Positions 1-12,392 of a stretch of DNA of 64,000 bases are shown here, piece after piece. The notes under the pieces were generated by a model, which was not told where the DNA came from, ran no database searches, and saw only the letters and a list, made by a program, of their open reading frames with translations. The stretch's first letter is position 1; each line of letters starts with the position of its first letter. The DNA is from an uncultured Methanosarcinaceae archaeon (GTDB taxonomy: Archaea; Halobacteriota; Methanosarcinia; Methanosarcinales; Methanosarcinaceae). The DNA is taken from contig CAWHXP010000003.1 in the NCBI GenBank assembly GCA_963833425.1, forward strand, positions 560,182 through 624,181. Reading direction: 5' to 3'. Both the position numbers and the translations under genes were made by a program.

Positions 1-1290
1 TGGGAAAAATTCGGGCCGCAATTTTCCGAGCATTATGTTGCAGTCGGTAACTGTAAGGGGTCCGCCTTTTCGGTAACATGCAGGACCAGGATCCGAACCT
101 GCAGATTCTGGACCTACCCTGAACCTACCTTTGTCGTAATTAAGTACGGAACCTCCACCTGCTGCAACAGTATGGATGCGCATCATAGGAGATCGCAAGC
201 GTACACCCGAGATCTCGGTTTCAAGACTGCGCTCATACTCCCCGCTGTACTGAGCTACATCTGTAGATGTCCCCCCCATATCAAAAGTAATGATTTTTCG
301 TACCCCTGCCACTAGAGATGTTGCAACGGCCCCAACAATTCCACCCGCTGGCCCGGACAGAATACAGTTCTTACCTTGAAAACCTTCTGCATCGATAAGC
401 CCTCCACTGGATTGCATAAACATGAGTCTGGTATTTCGTTTTTCTCTTTTCTCCTGTCGTTCTTTTCGGTTTTTTTCTCGTTTTCCTTGCCAGTCTTTCG
501 TTTTTCTTTTTACCTCTCCTTCCTTCCTTCCTTTTTCTATTTTTTCTTGCCCCTCTTCTTCCTGTTCCCCTTCTATTTCTTCTACCCCTTCATTCAGAGT
601 TCTCTGAACCATGTAAACGTACTTTCTGAGAACAGGAGATAGATATGCATCTACAACAGTCGTTTCTCCTCGAATCACGAGTTTTATCAGTGGACTCACC
701 TGATGAGAAAGGGATACTTGTGTAAAACCTATCTCTCTGGCAAGTCTTCCAAGCCTAAGTTCATGCTTCGGATATTTATACGCGTGCATCAGGACGATGG
801 CAACTGATCGAATTCCGGCTTTGAAGGCCACAAAAAGTTCTTTTTTTGCATCTTTAAGATTTATGGGCACAAACTCTTTTCCATCTGCTCCTAATCTTCC
901 AGACACCTGGATAACCCTTTCGTACAACTGAGCTGGGAGTTCAATTTTCTGAGCAAAAATATCTGGGCGATTTTGGTACCCTATCCTTAAAGCATCCCCA
1001 AAACCCTGAGTTACAACAAGAACAGTGCGCTCTCCTTTCCGTTCAAGGAGAGCATTGGTACCTACTGTTGTCCCCATTTTCACGGTCCCTATTAATTCCG
1101 AAGGCAGAGGGGCATCTTTGGCCAGCCCCAGAATATGACGAATTCCATGTATCGCTGCATCCTTATATCGGTAGGTATCTTCAGAGAGAAGCTTGTGTGT
1201 GATTAGTTTTCCTTCAGGGCTGCAGGCTATAATATCAGTAAATGTGCCTCCTCGGTCTATCCAGAATTGCCATTGAGCTTTGGGAGACAT
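1..1290 (-). CDS. 5-oxoprolinase / hydantoinase family protein, 5' part (runs off the window start)
   Basis: Manual translation from ATG at 1290 gives [19 protein letters not shown]..., later [21 protein letters not shown] and [10 protein letters not shown]. Absent from the ORF track because it has no stop codon in the window. Confidence 0.9.
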   Translation of the reverse strand, partial: MSPKAQWQFWIDRGGTFTDIIACSPEGKLITHKLLSEDTYRYKDAAIHGIRHILGLAKDAPLPSELIGTVKMGTTVGTNALLERKGERTVLVVTQGFGDALRIGYQNRPDIFAQKIELPAQLYERVIQVSGRLGADGKEFVPINLKDAKKELFVAFKAGIRSVAIVLMHAYKYPKHELRLGRLAREIGFTQVSLSHQVSPLIKLVIRGETTVVDAYLSPVLRKYVYMVQRTLNEGVEEIEGEQEEEGQEKIEKGRKEGEVKRKTKDWQGKREKNRKERQEKREKRNTRLMFMQSSGGLIDAEGFQGKNCILSGPAGGIVGAVATSLVAGVRKIITFDMGGTSTDVAQYSGEYERSLETEISGVRLRSPMMRIHTVAAGGGSVLNYDKGRFRVGPESAGSDPGPACYRKGGPLTVTDCNIMLGKLRPEFFP

Positions 1291-1473
1291 TAAAGGAACA
1301 ATTGTATAAGTTGTATTAATTATTAATCCTGAAAACTCTAGAATTGATTTTTTTTCACATCAATACCTGCTTTCGCTCATTTACACATTCTTACACAATT
1401 TTCAAAATATCAATAACTTTTAAACGTCAGCTTTTTGGAAATCCTTTATACCATGAAGTTGCAATGAATCAGC

Positions 1474-3129
1474 ATGAAAACATACCAGGGAATAGTTGTC
1501 GATGCTATTTCCAAGAAGCAGTTCAAAGGTGAGATTGCTGTTGAAAATGGAAAGATCGTTCGTTTAGAAGAGAAGGAGCATGATAATGAGCAGTACATCC
1601 TCCCAGGTCTTGTAGACGCCCATGTGCATATAGAAAGTTCTATGACCATGCCCTCGGTTTTTGCCAGAATGGCTGTTGCAAGAGGTACGGTTGCTGTGGT
1701 TAGTGACCCTCATGAGATTGCAAACGTGATGGGAGAAGAAGGCATAGATTACATATTGGAAGATTCCAGAAAAGCCCCTATGAAAATCTTTTTTGGAGTC
1801 CCCTCTTGTGTGCCAGCCACACCATTCGAATCTGCAGGATCAGTACTAGATGCAATAGCTGTGAACCGTTTGCTAGCAAGGGCGGATCTATACTACCTCG
1901 CCGAGGTGATGAATTTCCCAGACGTGGTCTCGGAATCTCCTGAATTAATGGCGAAAATTGAATCAGCCAAAAAATATAACAAAGTTATAGATGGTCATGC
2001 GCCTGGTTTGAGAGGTGCCGACCTACAGAAATACGTGAGCTCAGGAATTTCCACAGATCATGAATGCCTTACTTATGAAGAAGCGGTTGAGAAAATAAAG
2101 CTCGGAATGAAGATACAGATTCGAGAGGGAAGTTCAGCCAGATACTTCGAAACCCTTTATCGTTTGATATATGAATACCCAGAATCCGTTATGCTTTGCA
2201 CCGACGATTCTCATGCCAATACTCTGATACATGAAGGACATATCGATAGGCTAATACGAAGCGGATATCAAAAAGGACTTGATATCTATAACCTGATTCA
2301 AGCAGCAGTGATCAATCCTGTTGAGCACTATGGCCTTAATGTAGGGCTTTTGCGCAAGGGAGACTCTGCAGATTTCATTATCGTAGACGATCTAAAATCA
2401 TTCAATGTGTTGAGTACCTTCATTGATGGAAATTGTGTTTATGATGACGGGAAGGTGCTTTTCCCGATTGAAAAAATTTCTGCAAAAAATGTTTTCAACA
2501 GAAATGAAATCTCAATTGAAGATATAAAAATATCTCTGCCATCTGCAGACAATAGAAGGGAGCAGAGGAGAAATATCAGGGTGATAGTTGCCCAGGATGG
2601 AGAACTTGTCACAGGCCAAGAATTAGCCCTGGCAAAAGTAGAAGACGGTAATCTAGTTTCAGATCCAGATAGGGATATTTTGAAATTGGTTTTCCTGAGC
2701 AGGTATAGAAATTATCCTGTTCAAATTGGTTTCATAAAGAACATAGGCCTGAAAAAAGGCGCTATTGTGAGCAGCATTGCTCATGACAGTCACAACATTA
2801 TTGCAGTCGGGACCACTGACAAAGATATCGTGGAAGCTGTCAATAGGCTAGTGGAAAATAAGGGGGGAATAGTTGTAGGAACTGCAGGAGATCTACATGA
2901 TCTTCCGCTAGAGGTTGCAGGCCTTATGAGCATTCGGAGTGGAGAAGAAGTAGCTTCTCGATACAAGCTACTGAATGAAGAAGCTCGGAAACTTGGAACC
3001 TCGCTGAAGTCCCCCTTTATGACTCTTGCATTTATGTCGCTTCTGGTAATTCCTGAACTTAAACTGGGAGATAAGGGGTTATTCGATGTAACAAAATTCG
3101 AATTTGTCGAGCTTTTCGCAAAGGAATAA
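1474..3129 (+). CDS. ade: adenine deaminase
   Basis: 551 aa with PGLVDAHVHIESS, DPHEIANV, DGHAPG, TDHE, REGS and AHDSHN motifs. Confidence 0.95.
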   Translation: MKTYQGIVVDAISKKQFKGEIAVENGKIVRLEEKEHDNEQYILPGLVDAHVHIESSMTMPSVFARMAVARGTVAVVSDPHEIANVMGEEGIDYILEDSRKAPMKIFFGVPSCVPATPFESAGSVLDAIAVNRLLARADLYYLAEVMNFPDVVSESPELMAKIESAKKYNKVIDGHAPGLRGADLQKYVSSGISTDHECLTYEEAVEKIKLGMKIQIREGSSARYFETLYRLIYEYPESVMLCTDDSHANTLIHEGHIDRLIRSGYQKGLDIYNLIQAAVINPVEHYGLNVGLLRKGDSADFIIVDDLKSFNVLSTFIDGNCVYDDGKVLFPIEKISAKNVFNRNEISIEDIKISLPSADNRREQRRNIRVIVAQDGELVTGQELALAKVEDGNLVSDPDRDILKLVFLSRYRNYPVQIGFIKNIGLKKGAIVSSIAHDSHNIIAVGTTDKDIVEAVNRLVENKGGIVVGTAGDLHDLPLEVAGLMSIRSGEEVASRYKLLNEEARKLGTSLKSPFMTLAFMSLLVIPELKLGDKGLFDVTKFEFVELFAKE

Positions 3130-4994
3130 ACATAAAAGAACTGCAGGAGTCAGTAAAATATTCATTCCCACTTAATTATCACAATAAATCGCGACTAGAA
3201 AGAACTGCTCATTAACATGAAGTTTATGGATATAGCTAATATAGCAGAGCATTGTAATTTTTACAGAGGCCTTAAAGTTAGTTTTTTATCCAATCGCACT
3301 TGAAGCATTTATTGATGACATTTTTGATAAAGTCGTTTCCAAAAGCTATGAAGTTGCTTCCTTTACCATGTAAATTTAATGTTTTTCACATTCCTGAGTT
3401 CAATAATTGCGTAATTTTCAGTGATGCATAAAGTATTCTTCTTTTGGTGATCTTCCCTTCGACTGATGATATTTTCCATATCAGAAAACTTTTTCTCACA
3501 GATATCTTGCCCTTGCTGTCCGTGACAATTATTTTAACCCCAATTCATTTACCTTCTTTACGAGCTCTTAATCAGTGACTAATGCATCACTGTAAAGATA
3601 TTTTCCTAATTTTTGGTTTGCCTCTGTCTGAATGCTTTCCCTCAAAAAATAATTTCTCACACATATAACCTTCTATTAAAACAAATGAAATGAATAAAAA
3701 AAGTTGATCTGAAAAAGGTTTTCCATGCATATAGATTATCTTTCGTCGATTTACTGTAAATAAAACACTGCACAAGACGATGTTTTTAGTATTATGTTCA
3801 CGGAAGTTCAGTTCCTATTAGCTGCTCCTCATATAATTTATTTAATAATGATTATTGATGATATTAAAAGCATAATAATTTGCCACTATTATAAAACTGT
3901 AAATGTGTTATAATGTTTAACTTTTATTTTTAGTTAATAAATTAACATATTTAATATCCAAATTTTCTAATGACCACCATTGAGGACTCTTCATACATTT
4001 TAGATATACTACTTACCGTCTGTAAAATTGTTGTTGTTTCTGTGAAACATTTTGTCTATCAACATTCGCTAGTTGTGCATCAGCTCTACATCATTTAACG
4101 TAGATGTGTAAAGCTGTGTTAGCTTGTGAGAATTTAATGTATTAGAGGAAATACAAAGATATGCTCTTACTGCTGCAGCTGTCATTGTTACTACAAACAA
4201 GATTGCCAGTATAATAGCGAGTGGTCTTTTGATTCTGTTAGATTCGATTCCATATGTTAAGTCTCCTGATATTATATATAGAATTGATTTTACCATGATT
4301 ATTAATGATTATTTGGAGCTTAATAAGTTTTTTGTATAAAAAAGTTAATATATATTGAAATTAGTACCAACATCATGAGACACTAAAAATTGAATTTATA
4401 TAAAGTTTTCAGACCTAGAACTCCAACTGTTTATTTTCGTAGTTTGCTTATTCACCATTATAGCATTCCCAAAAGAAAAGTAATTACTTCATTGAAATCA
4501 AATTCTCAAAACATTTACTTAACCTACTACCAATAAATAGTCTAGTTCAAAAGTAGAAGAGAACAGCTTACAACGTTAACTCTATAAAATCGATACCAAG
4601 GCTTATTTTTCAATCTTCCTTAAATTTGGATATATTTATTATCTTTTCCACTCTGAATTTCAGATTTCAAGCAATTAGCAGCTTTTCAGACCAATCCGTA
4701 CATTTTAAGAGACTCAGAGGTTGGGACCGTTGCAGAGATTAGGATTGAATGTCCATGAATAAAGACAGATCATTTAAATTCAGCATGAATTATATATCAA
4801 TTATTTATATTTAATTTTATCATATATACAAAAAAAACTAAAATATCAAAGTGAGGTTTCAGAAATGTATTTTTGCCCAAATAGCCGTTTGACTCTATAA
4901 AGTCTCATGAGATTATTTCCAACTACATAAATATATAAGAATAAAATACTGCTCTGATTGAGATGCAGGAAAAAAAGTTACAAAATAATGTTAA

Positions 4995-6218
4995 CTATAC
5001 ATTAAAAAAATCCAACGTAGTTTGAAAACGTAAGTCTGAAAGCATGATCGCCTTTTTCAACCATTCAGTTTTCGGTATGCTTACCCTGCCTGCGAGGTCT
5101 GAAACTGCTGATGTTAGAGAATCAAATTTATGAGGGGGATTTTTAAGAGCTTTTCTCATGCCTTCCCGAACTACCCACACCCCAAGAGGAGCCCAGTAAT
5201 GAGGAGTAATTTCCCTTAGAACGAAAACAGAAGCCTGTTTTCGGATTTCAGTAAGATATTCAAGCACAGCCAACCTTGTGGCATAATAACCTCCTGCTAG
5301 AATAGAATATCCTTTTTTCCCGTTGGGCCCTTCACTGTCTTCACCAATCCAAACTGATTCCCCAGACCAGATTGTATTTGGGAGCCACATCTCAATAAGT
5401 TCGAAAGAATAAGTTCGAGGAAGAATGAGGACTTCAAAGTGGTTCCCGAAATGAGTCCCGCTGAAAAGCAAAATATCGGAAATTAAGGAAAAGTCCTTTA
5501 TGTGATCTGCAAGTTCCTTTCCGGCCATATCATCAACTGCTGTTATTGACCAGCGAGTAGGAACTAATTTTCTTTCTTTCCCGAGTAAGCCGATTGAAAA
5601 AAGGCGCGTGATGTGTTCTACTGTGACATTATTTTCCAGAAGTTCGGTAATAGCATCTCTTGCCAGAGAATCAGTATCATAGACGAGGTAATCTACTTTT
5701 CGTGGAACTTTGGGATTTTCTGTAAGTTCAAAATTTTTTACAAGGCCTGATGGACCCATAGGCATGAGAATGGTATCAAAATTCAGTTCTTGCTTTGGAA
5801 TTTTGTAAAACCAGACCTCAGTATCTACTGGTTTTCGGGAGAGAGCGAGTTCCTGAGCTTTTATAAGAAGGGGGTTTTCTTTTCTGCGTGCGTCTTTTAC
5901 GTGGAAATTTGTATTTGCCCTAACCATACGGGAACGCATGAAGATTATATCTTCAATTTGCATGTTTGCCCAGGCTGAAGGATCTTCCAGGAAAAAGGCT
6001 TCATTTTCCTTTGTCAACGGGGAAATTATTGGACCTGCTGTAATCTTAGGAAAGCCATAACTACCAACAAAAACAGACGGGGGAGATACTCCAAAAACAG
6101 AAGATCCTGAGATAGCGGGAGCGATCGATTGTAAGGACCTATATTTTTCAAAAATTGGACAAAGAGGACGCCCGCAAATTCTTTTCCCTTTACATTTGAT
6201 ACACAGCGTTCCACTCAC
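4995..6218 (-). CDS. nreA: Nre family archaeal DNA repair protein
   Basis: N-terminal CxxC...CGxxxCP, RKLVPTRWSITAVD, PLGVWVVRE, C-terminal PIP box QTTLDFF. Confidence 0.9.
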   Translation of the reverse strand: MSGTLCIKCKGKRICGRPLCPIFEKYRSLQSIAPAISGSSVFGVSPPSVFVGSYGFPKITAGPIISPLTKENEAFFLEDPSAWANMQIEDIIFMRSRMVRANTNFHVKDARRKENPLLIKAQELALSRKPVDTEVWFYKIPKQELNFDTILMPMGPSGLVKNFELTENPKVPRKVDYLVYDTDSLARDAITELLENNVTVEHITRLFSIGLLGKERKLVPTRWSITAVDDMAGKELADHIKDFSLISDILLFSGTHFGNHFEVLILPRTYSFELIEMWLPNTIWSGESVWIGEDSEGPNGKKGYSILAGGYYATRLAVLEYLTEIRKQASVFVLREITPHYWAPLGVWVVREGMRKALKNPPHKFDSLTSAVSDLAGRVSIPKTEWLKKAIMLSDLRFQTTLDFFNV

Positions 6219-6778
6219 TTTGAATCCATGTCCTCACATCTGAATGCAAGCTTTAACTTCAAGAACTTACCTATATAGCAAATAAGATTTCCGAACAAAA
6301 CTACAAACAAAGTACATGCTTTTTATTTTTTCCGAAAATAAGCTTCTATTAAAAGTATCAAAGCAAAATTTTAAATTTATCTCTGTGAGTCCTCATAAAA
6401 GTCAACTTCAGCTTCAAGTTTCTCACCGACTTCTGAGATACTGTAACTTTAAATATTCCAGAATATCCGCCAAAACTTGCAATGTATACATTATTCCAGA
6501 AAAATCATTGTTCTCGTAAGCTAGCCCGGATTTTAGGCAAGATGCTCTATACCATAATTTCACAAATTGTTTTCATAAGAACCAAGATCTAAATAATAAA
6601 GTAAACTTTACTATACATGTACCGTTGTTTTTAATATTCAAGTAGAAATTAGGTCTCCCTCAATGCACCATATAGACAACGCATGTTACCGCAAAACTTG
6701 CAAGAGTAAATACAATTTCGAACCTGGAAATAGTACATTCATTTCTCATGCCTCTTTTCTTATAAAGGCTGTCAAAGT

Positions 6779-7087
6779 TTAATTTTTAATTTGTTCAGCA
6801 GAGAAACCCTTTTCCATGAGGACTTCTTTCATGCGGGCCAGGTGATTTCCTTGAAGTTCCACAGTATTTCCTTTTACAGTGCCACCGCATGCAAACTTTG
6901 ATTTAAGATAAGTAGACAGTTCGTGCAGATCAATTTCACTAGCGTCGAAGCCTTCCACAACAGTAACTTCTTTCCCATATCTTCTTCTATTTATTTTCAC
7001 TGTAATTCTCTGTTGCTCTTTTGCAACCTCTTCGCATACGCAAAGTTCTTTTGGAAGCCCGCATACCGGGCACATTCCGCTGCTCAT
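6779..7087 (-). CDS. translation initiation factor aIF1 (SUI1/YciH family)
   Basis: [39 protein letters not shown]. Confidence 0.95.
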   Translation of the reverse strand: MSSGMCPVCGLPKELCVCEEVAKEQQRITVKINRRRYGKEVTVVEGFDASEIDLHELSTYLKSKFACGGTVKGNTVELQGNHLARMKEVLMEKGFSAEQIKN

Positions 7088-8977
7088 TTGTTGGCGTATC
7101 CTCCAAATTTGTAATAATTATATGTGTAATTTACATCCAAAAATGACTGAAAAGACATCAAGTACTTATCAATGAAGGTATTAAAGCCTAATGGTATTAT
7201 TCTGCCACTTTATGCTGAATTTAGGTTTATGGACAAAAATTGTTGCAGTACAAAAATCAGTCAAAGCTTTATTATTATTTCCAATTTTTGATATGACAGA
7301 TTATAACTACATAAATAAAATTAATACCAGTGTAACGTTACATGATAATTATGACATCAAGTGAAAAGGCGAATCTTGATTTTTAGTCCATTCAGGATCT
7401 AGATCATCTTTGTCAAGTGTTTGATATTTTCATTATTAAAGTTTCCATCGCAACATATGTTTTACTTTTCATGCACTGAAGTATATCAGCTCTAACTAAC
7501 CTCAATAAAATAAAGCAACAATATCTGAAAAAGCTACTAAGTGGATTTTGGAATTAGCTCAAACAAAGAATGGAGTACTACCGAAGAGCTAAACTCCCCA
7601 TGAATCTTAATCTCAAATCTACAAGGAAAAACATTAAAAGCGTCTCTATTGCTGGATAGAGCGTTTTCTATCCACAACAGTTTCAATTTTAGATATTCCT
7701 GAATTATTGAAGAGGATTCCAATCTATCACTAATTTTCATTTCGCGAGAATCACGTCCAAATTTTCCCAGCTAATTTCTATATTTGACCATATTTATTCT
7801 AGTCTGATCATCATTCTTTGACTTTAAATATAGCTTCTGCTTTTCTCAAAATATTCCTTTTATTTTTAATGTCATCAACTGATAAAGATTCTAAAAAAGC
7901 TGAACACAAAATCTTTGGATTCATCCTTTGGAAAGCAGTAATCAGAACTTTACATGCTTCGAATACTGATTTAGTTACCGCATAGATTCATTTAGTTGGG
8001 GCCCGTTTTGAACTGATCTTCTTGTGTCCTAATATATCACTCATCAACAGATGTATCTTTTTATACTGACCATTTCATTATTGAATCAAACTTTTTGATT
8101 TGCTCCAAAGTACCCTGTTTCTCTTAAAAGAGTTACTTTTTCTGACAAATTTGGACTCGAATCATGAAGATTAGTTGTTGTTTTGAATCTTCAGATAAAT
8201 TCATAATCCAAGTTTATTATACTATAAATTTTATATCCAAAGTATGACTCAATATCCTTTTTTGCGTAGTTATTGTCTCTGATTTACCTTATTTTTGCTT
8301 ATTTTTCTATACATTTATCTAGTTTTTCTGTCCAGGATCTGACTGGATAAAAATAGATATATGAATTAATCCCTTTTTTATTTTCAAAACCAAGTTCTGA
8401 ATGATCAGACTGCGATAATACCTGAATGTATCAAGAAAAACCAAGAAAATTCCCTGGGGAAAAAAAATCAATACATTATTTTTCAAGTTCAAAATTTGAA
8501 AGATGATGCCATTTCTGTAAAAAACATTTTAAACATAATTATTACTTCGATTCAGGTTTTACTCAAGAAACTGTTTTGTTAAAATATATAATTCAAAAAT
8601 GATACTAAATGATTCCTAAGTAATTAAGGGATCAATCTCAGAAAGTTTGTCTCTAATTGACTGAAGACGTTTGTATCAATTTTTTAAAATAAAAATGAGC
8701 TAGAGTTTTCACATGTAAAAAAATAATTATTAATATTTAAATTCTCCAATACTTAAATGTAAAGGAGTTTTTGAAATTTTTCGTAGGTAAAATATAGGTA
8801 TGCTACGATAAATCCATTATTCTCATTTCATGAAGTATTAGTTTTTCACGTGAATACTATGATCGAATTAGCGTTGTTTGAGATCTTCGTACAATATTTA
8901 TAGGTATTTTGTAAAATGATATTTAGTTCATTTATCCCCAGATATAGTGGCTTGATCTGTATTTTTATTTTTAAGTC

Positions 8978-9499
8978 TCATCCTATTTTTTTAAGCGCGA
9001 GTTCGATGGCATCTATAAGGCTGTCTTTCGGGATGATGGTTGTCACAGGGATATTGATAATTTTTTCTATAGTTGGGCTTACTATTGGAGCACATACCAG
9101 GGCTTTTGCTCCATCTCTTTCAGCGTTAACAGCTGCTATTATTGCTTCTTCCATTGATGTTGCTGAATATTCCCTTATTGTAACCAGCCTGCCAGCTATT
9201 TTTTTTTTAGTTTCTACGATATTGTCAAGTACCGAACGAGCTGCAATTACTGCTATAAAATCTTCCCTGTCCGATTCATTAATATCCCGAATTGTTTTCA
9301 CTATCTGACGGAGGGTTTTGATATTTGGATCTCGGTTACCTGATAGGATTTTATATAGGGTGCTTGGAGGGATATTTGCTTTTTTGGCAAAATCTATGGC
9401 TGTGAGGTTAAGGTCCTCTTTAATAACAATCGAAAATGTTTTTTGAAATACAGCATCTGATTCGAAAGCTGATTTGATAACTTTATCTGCAGCATTCAT
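8978..9499 (-). CDS. XRE-type helix-turn-helix transcriptional regulator (archaeal)
   Basis: Likely start MNAADKVI at 9499; HTH segment FAKKANIPPSTLYKILSGNRDPNIKTLRQI. The longer ORF-track extension overlaps the opposite-strand hydrolase pseudogene. Confidence 0.8.
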   Translation of the reverse strand: MNAADKVIKSAFESDAVFQKTFSIVIKEDLNLTAIDFAKKANIPPSTLYKILSGNRDPNIKTLRQIVKTIRDINESDREDFIAVIAARSVLDNIVETKKKIAGRLVTIREYSATSMEEAIIAAVNAERDGAKALVCAPIVSPTIEKIINIPVTTIIPKDSLIDAIELALKKIG

Positions 9500-9661
9500 G
9501 AGATTCAACCTCTGAAATTCTGTAAAGACTTTCAATAGGTATAAATATTTTGCACCTAAAGGGAGTTTGGACCAGATTGAAAGATATCCTGATGTATTAA
9601 TACATTTGGTATATAATGGTATTTCCCGAATTTTTTCAGTTGCAAGAACAAGAGAAAAACT

Positions 9662-10230
9662 ATGGGTGGAAATATTTTGATTGTCTCGGGGCTTGGTGAC
9701 TCCGAAAAAGACCATGGGCAAACGCATTGGGAGAAAGACCTTCTCAATTGTAGTCGTGTTGTTCAACACGATTGGGAGCAACCAGCCGCGAGCTACTGGC
9801 TTGCGACTTTGTGCGAAGTGGTGGAAAGGTCTAACCCTCATATCCTACTTGTAGCACACAGCCTCGGATGCTCTTTGGTGGCCTATTTTGAAGCAAAGCC
9901 CTTAGCGAAAAAAGTTATTGGGCTTTTTTGGTAGCTCCTCAGAACATTGATTATTTAATCAAAGAAGATGGGGAGCTTTCCCAGTTGATGGGCTCATTCA
10001 CTTTAATGCCTAAAGAAGCCTTGCCATTTAAGTCTGTTGTCGTTGCCAGTAGTAATGACCATTATTCAACCACTGATAGCTTTCTAAGCCTCTCAAAGGC
10101 TTGGAAAGCATTTTTTGTGAACACTGGACACGGACACATTAGTGCAGAATAAGGACACGGCCCTTGGCCTGATGGAAGACAGTTGCTCAAGAACTTTTTC
10201 ACACCATCGCACCCTGAAATTGTAAAATGT
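9662..10230 (+). pseudogene. RBBP9/YdeN-type alpha/beta hydrolase pseudogene
   Basis: ILIVSGLGDS...HW, nucleophile motif AHSLGC, VVASSND, GH. Frameshift near 9925 and an in-frame TAA at 10150 before GHGPWPDG. Confidence 0.8.
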
Positions 10231-10837
10231 AAAAGCATGTGTGGATGGAGTAACTTTGGGGAGGAAGAAAATATTCGATTGCGAATTTGGAATGTTTACA
10301 ATTGTTTATGCTTGTCTTCGATTTTCGTTGCCTTTTGTTTAGATTTAACAGTAAGCCATAAATCCATATAAGCCGAATTTAAGCCTTGTTACACCATAGC
10401 CGCAATGACAAGTAAATTATGGCTACTTTCAAAAAAAGTACAAAAATGGCAAGTTCAAAAGGTGTTGGCTACCCGATGATGATGTGGCCATGGACACTAT
10501 GGTTGTCATGGATATTATGGTAGTTATGGTCATCAAGCCAGCTAGATGCTATAGGTAAACGATGTAATAGTTCACCCCACATAAGGCTACCGTATATCTT
10601 AACTTGAAAATGTTCCACATGAGTTTAATTAAACTAGAATCCTCTTACAAAAAAGGATAGCTCCGATACGAATTTCTATGAGAAAGCTATCAATGTTAAA
10701 CAAAACAGAAAAATTATTAATAAAAATTAAAATATGACGCTCAATTGCCACTGCTTTCCGAATGTGTGATTTGAACGTATTAATGAACGATGAAGTCTGC
10801 CGGAAAGATAAAAAAGTAAGACTTCTTTTGATTAGAC

Positions 10838-11626
10838 ATGAAAAGTAGTTTCATCAAAATAGTAAAAGAAAACAATATCGAAGTATTGTCTCTCATAATT
10901 GTAGTCGTGGTTTGGCAGCTTGTAGCGGATATAATTGTACATAATAATTTTCTTCTTCCTAGTTTTTATGATGTAATAACTTCTTTTTTTGTTCTTGTCA
11001 AAAATGGACTAGTTTTTATGGATATATTAATAAGTTTACTTCACTTTTCAGTCGGGATTACTGCAGCTCTTATAATCGGAATTCCAGTCGGAATATCTAT
11101 GGGATGGTTCAAAAAAATAAACAGAGCAATGGATCCTATAATCGAAACATTGCGACCTATCCCTCCTCTTGCCTGGATTCCATTCGCAATTGTATGGTTC
11201 GGACTTACACATCAAGCTGCAGGTTTTGTTGTGTTCGTAGGAATGGTATTTCCAATTGTTATCAATACTTACACAGGCTTCAAAAACGTACCGAAAGTTA
11301 ATGTTGAGGCAGCAAAGGTTCTTGGATGCACCCAAAACTTAAAACTCATACGTTTTATCGCTATCCCCTCAGCCATGCCTTCAATTGCTGCAGGAATCCG
11401 GATTGCCATGGGAGTAGGCTGGATGTGCCTTGTCGCTGCAGAAATGTTCGGAGCCAGCGAAAGGGGACTTGGGTACCAGCTTTGGTTTAATTATTACCTT
11501 CATAGGATGAATTTTGTGGTAGTGTATATGCTCCTGCTGGGATTTCTGGGGCTTTTCATCGATCATTTCTTCAGATATTACATGGATGCAAAATTACTGA
11601 AGTGGACAGCGGGAACTGTGGTGTAA
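10838..11626 (+). CDS. NitT/TauT-type ABC transporter permease
   Basis: RPIPPLAWIP, EAA loop (EAAKVLG), WMCLVAAEM. Confidence 0.92.
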   Translation: MKSSFIKIVKENNIEVLSLIIVVVVWQLVADIIVHNNFLLPSFYDVITSFFVLVKNGLVFMDILISLLHFSVGITAALIIGIPVGISMGWFKKINRAMDPIIETLRPIPPLAWIPFAIVWFGLTHQAAGFVVFVGMVFPIVINTYTGFKNVPKVNVEAAKVLGCTQNLKLIRFIAIPSAMPSIAAGIRIAMGVGWMCLVAAEMFGASERGLGYQLWFNYYLHRMNFVVVYMLLLGFLGLFIDHFFRYYMDAKLLKWTAGTVV

Positions 11627-11627
11627 A

Positions 11628-12392
11628 ATGGGTCAAGTGAGTGTAATAAATGTTTCGCGAACATTTATAAAAAAAGAAGATGAGTCTAAGACAGAGGCTT
11701 TAAAAAATGTGAGCTTCGATGTAGAGGATGGAGAGTTTGTCTGCCTTCTGGGACCGTCTGGTTGTGGCAAGACGACACTGCTTAGAATCATCGCGGGACT
11801 TGAAACCCTTACCTCAGGAGAAATTACTCTAAACGGGATTCCTATAACAGGCCCAGATCCTAAAAGGGGCATGGTTTTTCAGCAATATTCCCTCTTTCCC
11901 TGGAGAACCGTTATGGATAATATCACCTTTGGACTCGAAATGGAAGGGATTAAAAAGGTTGAAGCCAGGCCACAGGTGGAAAAGTATATAGAACTTGTGG
12001 GCTTGGAGCAGTTCAAAAATAGCTATCCATTTGAACTATCTGGAGGAATGCAGCAGCGGACAGCCATTGCAAGAGCTCTTGCGAATGAGCCCGAAGTACT
12101 TCTGATGGACGAGCCTTTTGGAGCCCTCGATGCTCAAACTAGAAATATCCTCCAGGATGAACTCCTTAAGATATGGGAGCAAAAACATGTAACCTTCCTT
12201 TTTGTGACCCACAGTGTTGATGAAGCTGTTTTTCTTTCAGACCGGGTGATAGCTATGACATCAAGGCCAGGAAGGATAAAGGAGATTGTAGATATAGATC
12301 TTCCCAGGCCACGACATCGGACTGGTCCCGAAGCTAATCGTTTAAGGGATTATGTTCTAAAACTTCTAGAAGAAGAGAGGCGAAAAAAGTGA
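11628..12392 (+). CDS. NitT/TauT-type ABC transporter ATP-binding protein
   Basis: GPSGCGKTT, LSGGMQQR, LLMDEPFGALD, VTHS. Confidence 0.95.
   Translation: MGQVSVINVSRTFIKKEDESKTEALKNVSFDVEDGEFVCLLGPSGCGKTTLLRIIAGLETLTSGEITLNGIPITGPDPKRGMVFQQYSLFPWRTVMDNITFGLEMEGIKKVEARPQVEKYIELVGLEQFKNSYPFELSGGMQQRTAIARALANEPEVLLMDEPFGALDAQTRNILQDELLKIWEQKHVTFLFVTHSVDEAVFLSDRVIAMTSRPGRIKEIVDIDLPRPRHRTGPEANRLRDYVLKLLEEERRKK

Noticed and set aside
376..642. Phe/Ser-rich plus-strand ORFs resembling membrane peptides
   Set aside because: They are the antisense shadow of the charged insert in the oxoprolinase gene
4069..4296. ORF with a signal-peptide-like stretch (NRIKRPLAIILAILFVVTMTAAAV)
   Set aside because: Probably a decayed small secreted-protein gene; no convincing start or mature domain
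7500..8200. Protein-like fragments on the minus strand
   Set aside because: Too decayed to assign a family
9500..9841. N-terminal extension of the 287-aa HTH ORF
   Set aside because: It overlaps the opposite-strand hydrolase pseudogene; the likely start is 9499
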